A stretch of DNA of 32,000 nucleotides from Gemmata algarum (GCF_034097035.1 NZ_JAXBLV010000001.1:155848-187847), one strand, 5' to 3'; shown: positions 1 to 7,878, counted from the first letter of the stretch. Numbers and translations are program-made. The notes: generated by a model not told the origin, from the sequence alone.

Positions 1-452
1 AGTCGATCAGCACTGTCAGGGTGGTCGTTACTCACCAACACAGGCACGGGGCCACAAGTCAGCCGAATCAGTCTGAGTTGCAAGTCTACAAGTTCGTGCC
101 ACTTGTAAGAGCCGATCGCAACACCAACTGTAGGGTCTCCTTCCCTTGGCTTGGCTGTGTAGTTCGGGCACCGAGCACAGACCATATCCACAGTCTTCTG
201 AGCTTCCACCCGAGTACACTGACCGTGAAGTTCACAGTCCCTAACGTGCCGGAGTTCGGAGTTGCAAGAGTGGCAGGGGGAGAGGACCACACCTTCGTAC
301 TGACAGCCGGTTCGGGGAAGTACAGTGAGAGGAGTTCGACCCTGAGTCCCAGCCGAGTTCGTTCCTGCCTTCCCCCTGTGCTGGGTGTAGATTGGAATGA
401 GCCCGGCCGCTTTCCGCTCTTCTGTTCTCCTAAGAATCGAATCGAAATCCAC
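1..452 (-). CDS. Hypothetical Cys-rich protein, partial (C-terminus outside window); not in the supplied ORF track
   Basis: I checked this minus frame triplet by triplet from 461 down to 3 and found no stop. A GTG start at 452-450 lies 2 nt after the TGA of the upstream collagen-like gene. The translation (VDFDSILRRTEERKAAGLIPIYTQH...CQYEGVVLSPCHSCNSELRHVRDCELHGQC...) has more protein-like composition than overlapping ORFs 21..476(+) and 86..454(-). Confidence 0.4.
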   Translation of the reverse strand, partial: MDFDSILRRTEERKAAGLIPIYTQHRGKAGTNSAGTQGRTPLTVLPRTGCQYEGVVLSPCHSCNSELRHVRDCELHGQCTRVEAQKTVDMVCARCPNYTAKPREGDPTVGVAIGSYKWHELVDLQLRLIRLTCGPVPVLVSNDHPDSADR

Positions 453-454
453 AA

Positions 455-3400
455 TCAACCCTCATCAACAGTATAAGGAGGAGTGAAGTAATCGCAACCG
501 GTTGTGAACTCACAGTAGAACGGGTTGAGAGTTAAAGTTCCGGTATCGCAACCAACAGCGTAGGCCGACCCTTCACTACCGTCAGAACAGCCCATGTTGT
601 CACCACCACCCGCACCGAACGTGTAGAACCCAGCCAGCCGGAAGCCAAGAGCCCCGACACAGCGACCGCCACAAGGGGTCATTCGCACGAACCAAGAGCA
701 AGCACCCAGCGTGAGGGAACCCGCCCAGTATTGATTAACCTCATCCCAAGTCAGGTAAATGGATTGTCCACTGAACTGACTGAGGCACCCGTCACCAGGG
801 GAAGTGGCAGTACCGGCAGTGAACCGCACCACTCGGGGGAGGGGCTCGGAGTAAGTGCAGTTGGCAGGAACCACATCCCGAACCGGAGCCGCACACACCG
901 CGTTAGCTGCTTCAAGAGTGTCGTAAGGCCCGCTGACAATGGTGATGGACGTGCTGTACTGATCCCCTTCCTGAAGCTCGGCAGGAGTGCCCCGACCGGT
1001 AGTTCCACACGCCCTGACGCAGTAGATCCCCTCACCGTCCCAGAGACAGGAGTTGAGCCAGCGAACCTGAACGCGAACGGTGTTGTTGGCCGGTCCCCCG
1101 CACCCACTTTCACCTGTACAGAAAGGCTCTCCGAAGCTGAAAATGGCCGAATTCTCATTACAGAACTCGCGAATCCCGACGTAGGTAGCAGCAGAGTTGC
1201 CACTTCCCACCAGACTGAGACAGGGGCTATAGCAGTTGCCGAGCGTGAAGACGGGGCTAAAGGTGCCGCCACAGATACTCAAGCCACTTGATGGGGGAAC
1301 GGAAAACAATTCGATCGACTGTTCCCCGGCCTCCCCTTCCTCACAGGGTCCGCCCGCACTGGTGATTGTCCCTTGAGCACCGCCGACCGACGTGCCGAAG
1401 TTGGTGAACGAGGTGAACGAAACGCAGCAATCAGAAACGGACGCAGACGATCGCCAAATCGCAACGTATCCCGTATCCGGGCGAGTTAAAATAATCTCGA
1501 CGTAGGCGGGGCTGACGGCGACCTGCAACTGCCATAGCCCTTGGGTCTGCGTCCATACACAAGGAGAATCTTCGGGATTTGATCGCGTTGCCGCCCAACT
1601 CGTCGGTGCAGATGCGAACCCGCCGCTGCCTGCGGTCATTGAAACTGAGAACGTGGCCGGCTGACCGCCTGAGCAAGTTCCGCACGAAGAATCGCCACCT
1701 GGATCGGTTCCCCCGCCCGAAGTCCCCCACGTAACGCCATCTGTGCTGGTGAGTTTTACCCACTGGTCGAGGCTGTCGTCACAGTCACACCGACCGTTCT
1801 CTGAGAGGATGGAGACTTCCAAACAGTCTTCCGCCGTCAGACCAACCACCCAACCACAACCGCCAGCGGGAGAGCCGGGAGTCGTGCTATTGTCAGTCGA
1901 ATTGCGGCGTTCTCGGATGATGTAGATGGTGTTCCCGTCCACACCGTCTTCACCCGGAATGGGATACCCTCTTGGCCCCCGCTCTCCACGTCTGCCCCGC
2001 ACACCCGGCGGACCATACGCACCATCTACACCGTCCTCACCCGGAATCGGAAAGCCTCTTCGGCCCTGAGCCCCGTGTCTCCCTCTCGGGCCTGGAAAAC
2101 CCTGCTCTCCATCAGCACCATCTTCTCCCGGAATGGGCGGACCAGTTGGCCCCCGATCCCCTTTCAACCCATCTCGGCCCCTTCTCCCCGGAACTCCTTG
2201 CTCTCCTTGCTCACCGTCCTCACCAGGAATTGGGGTTCCGGTTCTGCCTCTGACTCCTGCTGCACCATCTCGCCCTCTCCGTCCGGGAATACCCTGTTCC
2301 CCCTGCTCACCATCCTCTCCCGGAATGGACGGTCCGGTTCGACCCCGATCCCCTTTGGCACCAGGACGGCCTCTCGGTCCGGGTGGTCCTTGCTCTCCGT
2401 CCTCACCATCCCGGCCCGGAATCGTCAGCCCGTCTTCACCACGAGCCCCTGAAGCGGCGAATTGATCCACTCCACCGGTTGGGAAGCCTGTCCACGGTCC
2501 CCTCTGAATGCGAGTAGTGAACCGAGGCCCCGGGCCGGTCAGGCTGGAGGTCCACTCTACATGATCCTCAGCCCCTGTGGGTGCCCACGGCACGATTCCG
2601 CCGAAGGTGACATCGACGTTGCAGAGTTGCCAGCCGTAATAGTCCGCAGCAGCCTGAGCCGCGTAAGCCTCACATGCCGAGCCGTTGGTGTCGTCGAAGA
2701 TCAGGTCGGCGTAGACCGTGTGTTGGTTGCCTGAGATGCCTGTATAGCCTGAGTACTCAGGTAAAGCCAAATCGGTCAGCGTCTTCACCACAACGTAACG
2801 GTCCGACTGAAGAACCCCGTCCGTCTTGTGGGAGAAGACTACAGCCACGCTCTCAGGTACTTGCCACTTGATGTCGTCGGCAGAGAGCAGCCCACCCCCA
2901 GTCTTTCTATATTTTCCGTACTGACCCGCTGAAGCCGTCTGAGCCGCACTCCAACCGACCGTCTTGTAACTGCCGTCAAGCGAAGCCACAAACCTCTGAC
3001 CGACTGTAGTAGCAGCCGCGTCGATCAGCACCCCCACGGATTTGCGGCACTGAACCCACCGGTCCGAGGGAGAACCATAACCCCCACCAACCGACCCGAC
3101 CGAAATGGGCTCACCCGCAATCCCCGCCAGCGTGGAAAACAGACCGGTCCAACTGGGCGGCCGTTCTTCGACGTTGCCCGATCGGAGGTGGATCAGGTCG
3201 TAACGCAGGTCCACAAGGGAGAGCAGATAGAGTTGCTCAGATCCTGCAATCTGAAAAAGCGGGCGGGGAGGCAGCATTCGGAGCGAACACTGAACGGCCC
3301 CGTGGGCACTGTCACTAATGTTGAGGGTTTGGTACGGACCGTCAGCACTCACTTTAGTTCGGATCGAGTCCAAGCGGGTCGAGTTCACTACACAGTGGAA

Positions 3401-3619
3401 GGTCGCACACCGGGATCCGCCATTAGGCCAGTACAGAACTCCCACCCGAACGGGGTCAGCGATCCGATACTCAGGTGCAGATAGAGCAGCCAGCCCGGAG
3501 CCCGGAATTCCACCCAGACTTTGCTCAACCAACCGGTCAAGGGAGTGATAAAGCGAAAGGTATGCTTCCACCTCAGCAGTTTGCAGAAGGAGGGGCACTC
3601 CGGCGTAATAGAGAGGCAC
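455..3619 (-). CDS. Collagen-triple-helix-repeat protein, phage tail-fibre-like (1054 aa)
   Basis: Long ORF. Residues about 391-562 are G-X-Y repeats (GEDGEQGEQGIPGRRGRDG...) punctuated by PIPGEDG units. A non-repetitive N-terminal domain and a Cys/Gly/Ser-rich C-terminal region flank them. The tail-fibre assignment is by analogy to collagen-like phage fibres. Confidence 0.8.
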   Translation of the reverse strand: MPLYYAGVPLLLQTAEVEAYLSLYHSLDRLVEQSLGGIPGSGLAALSAPEYRIADPVRVGVLYWPNGGSRCATFHCVVNSTRLDSIRTKVSADGPYQTLNISDSAHGAVQCSLRMLPPRPLFQIAGSEQLYLLSLVDLRYDLIHLRSGNVEERPPSWTGLFSTLAGIAGEPISVGSVGGGYGSPSDRWVQCRKSVGVLIDAAATTVGQRFVASLDGSYKTVGWSAAQTASAGQYGKYRKTGGGLLSADDIKWQVPESVAVVFSHKTDGVLQSDRYVVVKTLTDLALPEYSGYTGISGNQHTVYADLIFDDTNGSACEAYAAQAAADYYGWQLCNVDVTFGGIVPWAPTGAEDHVEWTSSLTGPGPRFTTRIQRGPWTGFPTGGVDQFAASGARGEDGLTIPGRDGEDGEQGPPGPRGRPGAKGDRGRTGPSIPGEDGEQGEQGIPGRRGRDGAAGVRGRTGTPIPGEDGEQGEQGVPGRRGRDGLKGDRGPTGPPIPGEDGADGEQGFPGPRGRHGAQGRRGFPIPGEDGVDGAYGPPGVRGRRGERGPRGYPIPGEDGVDGNTIYIIRERRNSTDNSTTPGSPAGGCGWVVGLTAEDCLEVSILSENGRCDCDDSLDQWVKLTSTDGVTWGTSGGGTDPGGDSSCGTCSGGQPATFSVSMTAGSGGFASAPTSWAATRSNPEDSPCVWTQTQGLWQLQVAVSPAYVEIILTRPDTGYVAIWRSSASVSDCCVSFTSFTNFGTSVGGAQGTITSAGGPCEEGEAGEQSIELFSVPPSSGLSICGGTFSPVFTLGNCYSPCLSLVGSGNSAATYVGIREFCNENSAIFSFGEPFCTGESGCGGPANNTVRVQVRWLNSCLWDGEGIYCVRACGTTGRGTPAELQEGDQYSTSITIVSGPYDTLEAANAVCAAPVRDVVPANCTYSEPLPRVVRFTAGTATSPGDGCLSQFSGQSIYLTWDEVNQYWAGSLTLGACSWFVRMTPCGGRCVGALGFRLAGFYTFGAGGGDNMGCSDGSEGSAYAVGCDTGTLTLNPFYCEFTTGCDYFTPPYTVDEG
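1934..2449 (-). repeat. In-gene tandem repeat encoding collagen G-X-Y blocks, about 32-aa units each starting PIPGEDG
   Basis: Five PIPGEDG-initiated units, each 9-10 G-X-Y triplets, plus an initial degenerate block containing TIPGRDG, are visible in the translation. Coordinates come from residues 391-562 of the 455..3619 ORF. Confidence 0.8.
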
Positions 3620-3692
3620 AGGGCTGGCACCTTAGTGAACAGAAGTGAAAAGTTAAGAATTGACGCGATTAGGTATGAGAGCCGAGAGTCTA

Positions 3693-3721
3693 GATGCAAG
3701 TAGGTCTTGGGAGAAAGGTAG
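3693..3721 (-). promoter_or_regulatory. Element motif copy A (CTACCTTTCTCCCAAGACCTACTTGCATC on minus strand)
   Basis: The plus strand reads GATGCAAGTAGGTCTTGGGAGAAAGGTAG. The copy lies between two minus-strand genes, 73 nt upstream of the start at 3619. Confidence 0.5.
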
Positions 3722-3743
3722 AGAAGAGGTCCGCCTTGAAGAC

Positions 3744-4364
3744 CTACAGCCACTGATCCAAGCCGGTCTCTGGTGGACTGTTTCGGCGGCGGGTAGCTAT
3801 CTTGTGAGCCATTCCCAAACTGGAGATCATTCCTTGGGCAGAGGGCCAGTGCAGAGTGCCACCGTCGAACTGTGGGATGAAGTGGTGTTGAGCCGGGGTC
3901 TCGTGTTCCCAGTTGGCTAAGTAACCTGGAAGATCGGTCACGTCCACACCCCAGGGCAGCACCGGAGGCTCTTGCTCACCGTGATATTCGGCCAGGGGAT
4001 CGTGTTTGATAGACCAAGGGCGGTTGGGGTCGTCGGATCGCTGGGACGGGTACTCGTGCTGGAGCCAGTGGGCGAGCGACTGGTGGAAGTCAGCCATATC
4101 GTGGTGATCCTGTTCCCGCAGGTAGTCGGCGTAGGCATTCCGGGTGTTGTGGTCGAAAGGCGACTTGTCCAGGGCTTTGAGGAAGGCTTTGTTTTCTGGC
4201 CCCAACTTCCGCGGTTGCTGGTCCGGAGTCTTTTTGGCTCGCTTTGGTTTGGTGAATTGGCCTGTGGCGGGGTCTACCATCGGCCCGATCCCAGTGAACG
4301 GCTTTTTGGCGAAGTGGAGTGCCTTGTTATACGATTTGGCGTACTTGCGATCCGAACGATCCAT
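3744..4364 (-). CDS. TIGR02996-like (degenerate) repeat-companion-domain protein, 206 aa
   Basis: Segment FLKALDKSPFDHNTRNAYADYLREQDH resembles the TIGR02996 core (..P.DD..RLVYADWLEE.GD). I prefer the ATG at 4364 (MDRSDRKY), which has GAGG 8 nt upstream. The ORF-track start at 4481 would translate through the pentanucleotide repeat. Confidence 0.6.
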   Translation of the reverse strand: MDRSDRKYAKSYNKALHFAKKPFTGIGPMVDPATGQFTKPKRAKKTPDQQPRKLGPENKAFLKALDKSPFDHNTRNAYADYLREQDHHDMADFHQSLAHWLQHEYPSQRSDDPNRPWSIKHDPLAEYHGEQEPPVLPWGVDVTDLPGYLANWEHETPAQHHFIPQFDGGTLHWPSAQGMISSLGMAHKIATRRRNSPPETGLDQWL

Positions 4365-4375
4365 GTAAAACCTCA

Positions 4376-4428
4376 GAAGTGAAGTGAAGTGAAGTGAAGT
4401 GAAGTGAAGTGAAGTGAAGTGAAGTGAA
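4376..4428. repeat. Pentanucleotide microsatellite (GAAGT)x10 plus a partial unit
   Basis: Ten perfect GAAGT units span 4376-4425, followed by GAA. The array ends 11 nt upstream of the ATG at 4364 on the minus strand. It is in frame with an upstream ATG at 4481, where it would encode HFTSL repeats. Confidence 0.95.
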
Positions 4429-4552
4429 CCAGACGTGCAGAACCGCCCTCCCCTACTCAACCCTAGGCAAGGAGAAGGCATAACGCGAAGTGTTAGGACA
4501 GATGTGAACCAGACGAAATGAGAACAGTACTGGGGTCAGGAAAGAGTGTCGT

Positions 4553-4582
4553 GCTGCAAGTAGGGGATTGGGAGAAAGGTAA
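4553..4582 (-). promoter_or_regulatory. Element motif copy B (TTACCTTTCTCCCAATCCCCTACTTGCAG on minus strand)
   Basis: It forms a perfect 27-bp inverted repeat (4555-4581) with copy C (4619-4645). It points left toward the gene starting at 4364. Confidence 0.5.
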
Positions 4583-4617
4583 AGGTCGAAGTCTAGGGCC
4601 GGTGTAGTTTGAGTCCC

Positions 4618-4647
4618 CTACCTTTCTCCCAATCCCCTACTTGCATC
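4618..4647 (+). promoter_or_regulatory. Element motif copy C (CTACCTTTCTCCCAATCCCCTACTTGCATC)
   Basis: It lies back-to-back with copy B in a divergent intergenic region. It points right toward the LRR operon. Confidence 0.5.
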
Positions 4648-5025
4648 TCTATCCTCGACTCTCTGTGTGGTGTTTACTGGCCTGTGCTCTATTATACACT
4701 CCCTACTCTCTGTCCTATTCCACCAGCCCTTGCCCTTGTCCACCTTTCCTCTTTCTTTCTTAAACACCCTAATATATAAATACGACTCTGCCGCAAAATT
4801 TTCGCAGAAAGAAAACCTTCCAGAAGGATTTTACACCCCTGAAATGCTGGAAATTGCAGGAAATCGATCGAGTTGACAAAAATTCAAAATCCCCCGAAGT
4901 GCGAAGAAAACGGTCCGCAGTCGTATTTATCTATTGTGCCCCGCAAGCGACGACAGATATCAGAGTGAAGGTGGCAAGGCAGACGGGTTGGGTGTTGGTG
5001 CTCGGAGAGCCGGTCGCCGTCGCCA

Positions 5026-6096
5026 ATGTCCAGGAAGGGCCAGCACTTGCGAGCCGACTACGGAGCGAGTAAGCTGCGACCTGTAACGATTCCCCGTGGT
5101 GCCCTCGTCATGATTACGATCGCCTCTTTGTCAGCAATCCAGCTCCTCGTCTGTGCCACCGCGGCGGACCCGCCCAAGCAGGCCGAACTCGATCCGAAGA
5201 CCATCGCCGCTTACGAAAAGCTCGGGGCCGAGTACGGCCGCATGTACGTTTTTGATTTAGGGTTCCTGCGTTACCAGGATGCCAAATCGAAAAGCCCAGC
5301 CTCCGCCAACACAATTCCCGCGTTCCGATTCCGAAAAGCCCCCGCTGGCACACTCCCTCCCGTGGAAGGCTCGTTCGGGCTCTACTTCGCTCAAGTACCA
5401 CTGACCGATGCGGACTTGGCCCGAGTCGCCAAACTCGAAGGTGTGACCATGCTCGGGCTCAGCGGCACGCGGATATCGGACCAAGGGCTGACCAACGTCG
5501 CCAAACTCGGCAAGCTCACCGCTCTCGACCTGACCCGAACAGCGATTACGGATAAGGGCCTGAACAGCCTGGCGAAGCTGAACGCACTGGAGACAATACT
5601 CATCGAAGGGACGAACACGACGGATAAGGGGGTAATCGAGATCGCCAAAGTCGAAAGCCTGAAGCTGATCGAACCCGGCCGAAAAAAGGTCACCGACGAC
5701 ATGGTAAACGGGCTGATCGAAGCGAAACGCTTACACATCCTATCGCAGGTGAGAGGGCAGAAGGGCCGAGTCACAGCCGACAAGGACATCAACCTCCTCA
5801 GTCTGGCGAACACGGCGATCACCGACAAAGGGCTGGAGCAGGTCACTAAACTCGGTGCGTTGACTTCCATCTTCGTGAGCGGCACGGGGGTCACAGACAA
5901 GTGCCTAGAGCACGTCGGCAAAGTCACCACGCTGATCAGCCTGGAACTCAATGAGACCGCGGTCAGCGACAACGGACTAGACCACCTGACGAAGTTGTCC
6001 AAACTGTACTGGCTAGAAGTGAAGAAAACGAAAGTGACAGCACCGGGAGTGGTGAAGATCCGAAAGGCCCTGCCGAAATGCGTTGTGGTACCATGA
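5026..6096 (+). CDS. Leucine-rich-repeat protein with N-terminal hydrophobic signal/anchor
   Basis: Repeated units of about 24 aa, such as LTALDLTRTAITDKGLNSLAKL and LSLANTAITDKGLEQVTKL, match the planctomycete TDxGL-type LRR. The hydrophobic segment ITIASLSAIQLLVCATAA is near the N-terminus. An alternative start is the ATG at 5110. Confidence 0.75.
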   Translation: MSRKGQHLRADYGASKLRPVTIPRGALVMITIASLSAIQLLVCATAADPPKQAELDPKTIAAYEKLGAEYGRMYVFDLGFLRYQDAKSKSPASANTIPAFRFRKAPAGTLPPVEGSFGLYFAQVPLTDADLARVAKLEGVTMLGLSGTRISDQGLTNVAKLGKLTALDLTRTAITDKGLNSLAKLNALETILIEGTNTTDKGVIEIAKVESLKLIEPGRKKVTDDMVNGLIEAKRLHILSQVRGQKGRVTADKDINLLSLANTAITDKGLEQVTKLGALTSIFVSGTGVTDKCLEHVGKVTTLISLELNETAVSDNGLDHLTKLSKLYWLEVKKTKVTAPGVVKIRKALPKCVVVP

Positions 6097-6344
6097 GCAA
6101 GTGCTCGATCGTGAGGATGCTCTACACCCGATCGGACGACCCCGGTATCGTTAGACGCTTTCTGGTCCAGGTCGGTAGCAGAGTCCGCCTCGATCAGCCA
6201 CTGGTCGAGCTGGAGATGTTAAAGAGTACACTCGAACTACCTTCACCAGAAGAAGGAGTGGTCACAGACTTGCTGGCGATAGTTGGCCAGAGCGTTGGGC
6301 ATGGCGACCCGCTGCTGACCCTGGAATCCGTCCCGGAGACTTAA
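6093..6344 (+). CDS. Stand-alone biotinyl/lipoyl-attachment-like domain protein, 83 aa
   Basis: VQVGSRVRLDQPLVELEMLKSTLELPSPEEGVVTDLLAIVGQSVGHGDPLLTLE aligns by eye with the BCCP/lipoyl hybrid-barrel pattern (V.vG..V..G..L...EAMKM...i.a...G.V..i....G..V..g..L..iE). Its ATG overlaps the TGA of the LRR gene (ATGA at 6093-6096). Confidence 0.6.
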   Translation: MSKCSIVRMLYTRSDDPGIVRRFLVQVGSRVRLDQPLVELEMLKSTLELPSPEEGVVTDLLAIVGQSVGHGDPLLTLESVPET

Positions 6345-6383
6345 CACCAAACTGTTGGCCGCAACTACACGACCGGAGGATCG

Positions 6384-7031
6384 ATGTTTAAGCGTCTCTG
6401 GGCAGCAGCCCACATCGGACTCACCTTCGCCTCCCTCGGTTGCTGCCTGTACCTCCTGTGGAAGGAGCGGAGCAGAGACCAAGTGCCTACCCGGCCGTTT
6501 GCGGGTGGAGATCCTATCCTACGGCAATTCCTCAAGGCACGCTGGCTGGGCGGGGATTACGAGTTGCCCCCAGGACGTGACCACTGCGGAATCGCGGTCC
6601 TGACGTTCGAGAACGGGCGATTCACCGGGCGGCGGCGGCCGTGGCCCTGGTCCGTCCCACAAGGCGGTTCCCGAGCGATCCCATATCTCGTCATGTGGGG
6701 TCAAACGCCAACGGGTTCCAGAGTGATGACAGCCTCCGGCGGGATGTGCTCATTTGAAGAGAAGGACGAATTCTTCGCCAAACTGGATGGACCGCTGTTG
6801 CGGTGCTACGGCTCCACGAACAATGGTGAGATCAGGGGCTACCGGGTGATCGGGTACGCCGCGTCGAATGAAGAACGTGTGGATAAGGACCGAAAATCAG
6901 ACGCGAGCGAGGCCATCAACTCGATATTTCGAACTCAGCGGCACGTGGCGATACTCGGAGTGAAGACCTTCGACACTGAGGCGGAAGCCCGGACGTGGGC
7001 GAACGAAACGATCGAGGGGGCCGATCCGTAA
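6384..7031 (+). CDS. Hypothetical membrane-anchored protein, 215 aa
   Basis: GGAGGA lies upstream of the ATG. An N-terminal hydrophobic helix (AAAHIGLTFASLGCCLYLLW) is present. I recognised no family. Confidence 0.55.
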   Translation: MFKRLWAAAHIGLTFASLGCCLYLLWKERSRDQVPTRPFAGGDPILRQFLKARWLGGDYELPPGRDHCGIAVLTFENGRFTGRRRPWPWSVPQGGSRAIPYLVMWGQTPTGSRVMTASGGMCSFEEKDEFFAKLDGPLLRCYGSTNNGEIRGYRVIGYAASNEERVDKDRKSDASEAINSIFRTQRHVAILGVKTFDTEAEARTWANETIEGADP

Positions 7032-7064
7032 CCACCATTCCTCCACGACACAGGACGGACCAGC

Positions 7065-7469
7065 ATGCCGGGACTATTCGTCGTTCGTGACGCTTGGGAG
7101 TACGCATCCACGTCGTCCTCCAAACCTCTTGACCGAAAGTGGTTTCCGCTCGTTGAGGATGTTACGGTAATCGGTCGCGATCCTGCCCGGGACGTGGTCA
7201 TACCTGCCATCTACATTCGTCGGGCGGAAGCGAAGATCGTGCGTGAAAACGGGGCGTACTACCTGGAGAGCCTGCCCCACAGCAACGCAACCGTGTTCGA
7301 GGATCAAGTGCCCTGGTGCCACCGAACGAGGCGTGTGCTGAACTACGGTGACCTTATCAAAATCGGGCAGTATGAGTTCGCCTTCTTGAACGATCCAACC
7401 GACCTCATTGTTACCGCGGAAGCGTCGCACCAACAGAGAGCAGCAGCAGATGGCAGGGGCAGAGGATGA
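7065..7469 (+). CDS. FHA (forkhead-associated) domain protein, 134 aa
   Basis: VTVIGRDPARDVVIPAIYIRRAEAKIVRENGAYYLESLPHSNATVFEDQV...LNYGDLIKIGQYEFAFL fits the FHA pattern (iGR....di.l....vSR.Ha.i......y.l.Dl.S.NGt.vn......L..GD.i.iG...f.f). Confidence 0.7.
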   Translation: MPGLFVVRDAWEYASTSSSKPLDRKWFPLVEDVTVIGRDPARDVVIPAIYIRRAEAKIVRENGAYYLESLPHSNATVFEDQVPWCHRTRRVLNYGDLIKIGQYEFAFLNDPTDLIVTAEASHQQRAAADGRGRG

Positions 7470-7492
7470 AGGGAGAAGGAACATCCGGAAAC

Positions 7493-7858
7493 TCAGTTGT
7501 CCGAAGGGCCGAACCTGCTGAAGCGGCGGGGCGGCTCTATGGGGTGGCACTGGATCTCGTCTGTTGTCGTGGAGGGGCGAAACACCCACTCTTCCGCCAC
7601 AGATACGACCTTGGCGCGAAGCATTCGATACCGCTCGAAGTCGCCGTGCTGTTCAGAGTCCCAAGACTCCTCCAGAGACTGGAGGCCCAACCGAGCAACT
7701 TCAGCCCTCTCGACCACAGGACCACGGATCTGAACCGGGACAACATCTACAACGTGAGCGTTCACCAACTCGCCATCCTGGCCGACAAGCTGCATATCGA
7801 ACAGAACCGCGTAGGCCCGCAACATCTGAGCCGGGTTCGTGGGAGTAACATTACTCAT
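7493..7858 (-). CDS. Hypothetical protein, 121 aa
   Basis: ATG start with GGAG 9 nt upstream. It lies 20 nt downstream of the stop of 7879..8337(-). Its composition is more protein-like than the overlapping plus-strand ORFs. Confidence 0.5.
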   Translation of the reverse strand: MSNVTPTNPAQMLRAYAVLFDMQLVGQDGELVNAHVVDVVPVQIRGPVVERAEVARLGLQSLEESWDSEQHGDFERYRMLRAKVVSVAEEWVFRPSTTTDEIQCHPIEPPRRFSRFGPSDN

Positions 7859-7878
7859 TCAGGTTCTCCAGGAAGGCT

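Noticed and set aside
21-476. Plus-strand 151-aa ORF, and minus-strand ORF 86..454, at the left edge
   Set aside because: Both overlap the open minus frame that continues the operon. Their translations are Ser/Thr/Pro/Leu-rich and less protein-like. They are not excluded outright, only ranked below the 1..452(-) frame.
4778-4788. AAATACGACTC matching 10 nt of the T7-class promoter core (TAATACGACTCACTATAG)
   Set aside because: The match stops before the essential -5 to +1 region. No single-subunit RNA polymerase gene is in the window. The sequence is better explained as one arm of an 11-bp inverted repeat with 4919-4929.
4667-5072. Short plus-strand ORFs 4667..4876 and 4854..5072 in the leader of the LRR operon
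   Set aside because: They lie in an AT-richer, repeat-bearing region with no clear SD and no recognisable motif. I leave them unannotated pending conservation or Ribo-seq evidence.
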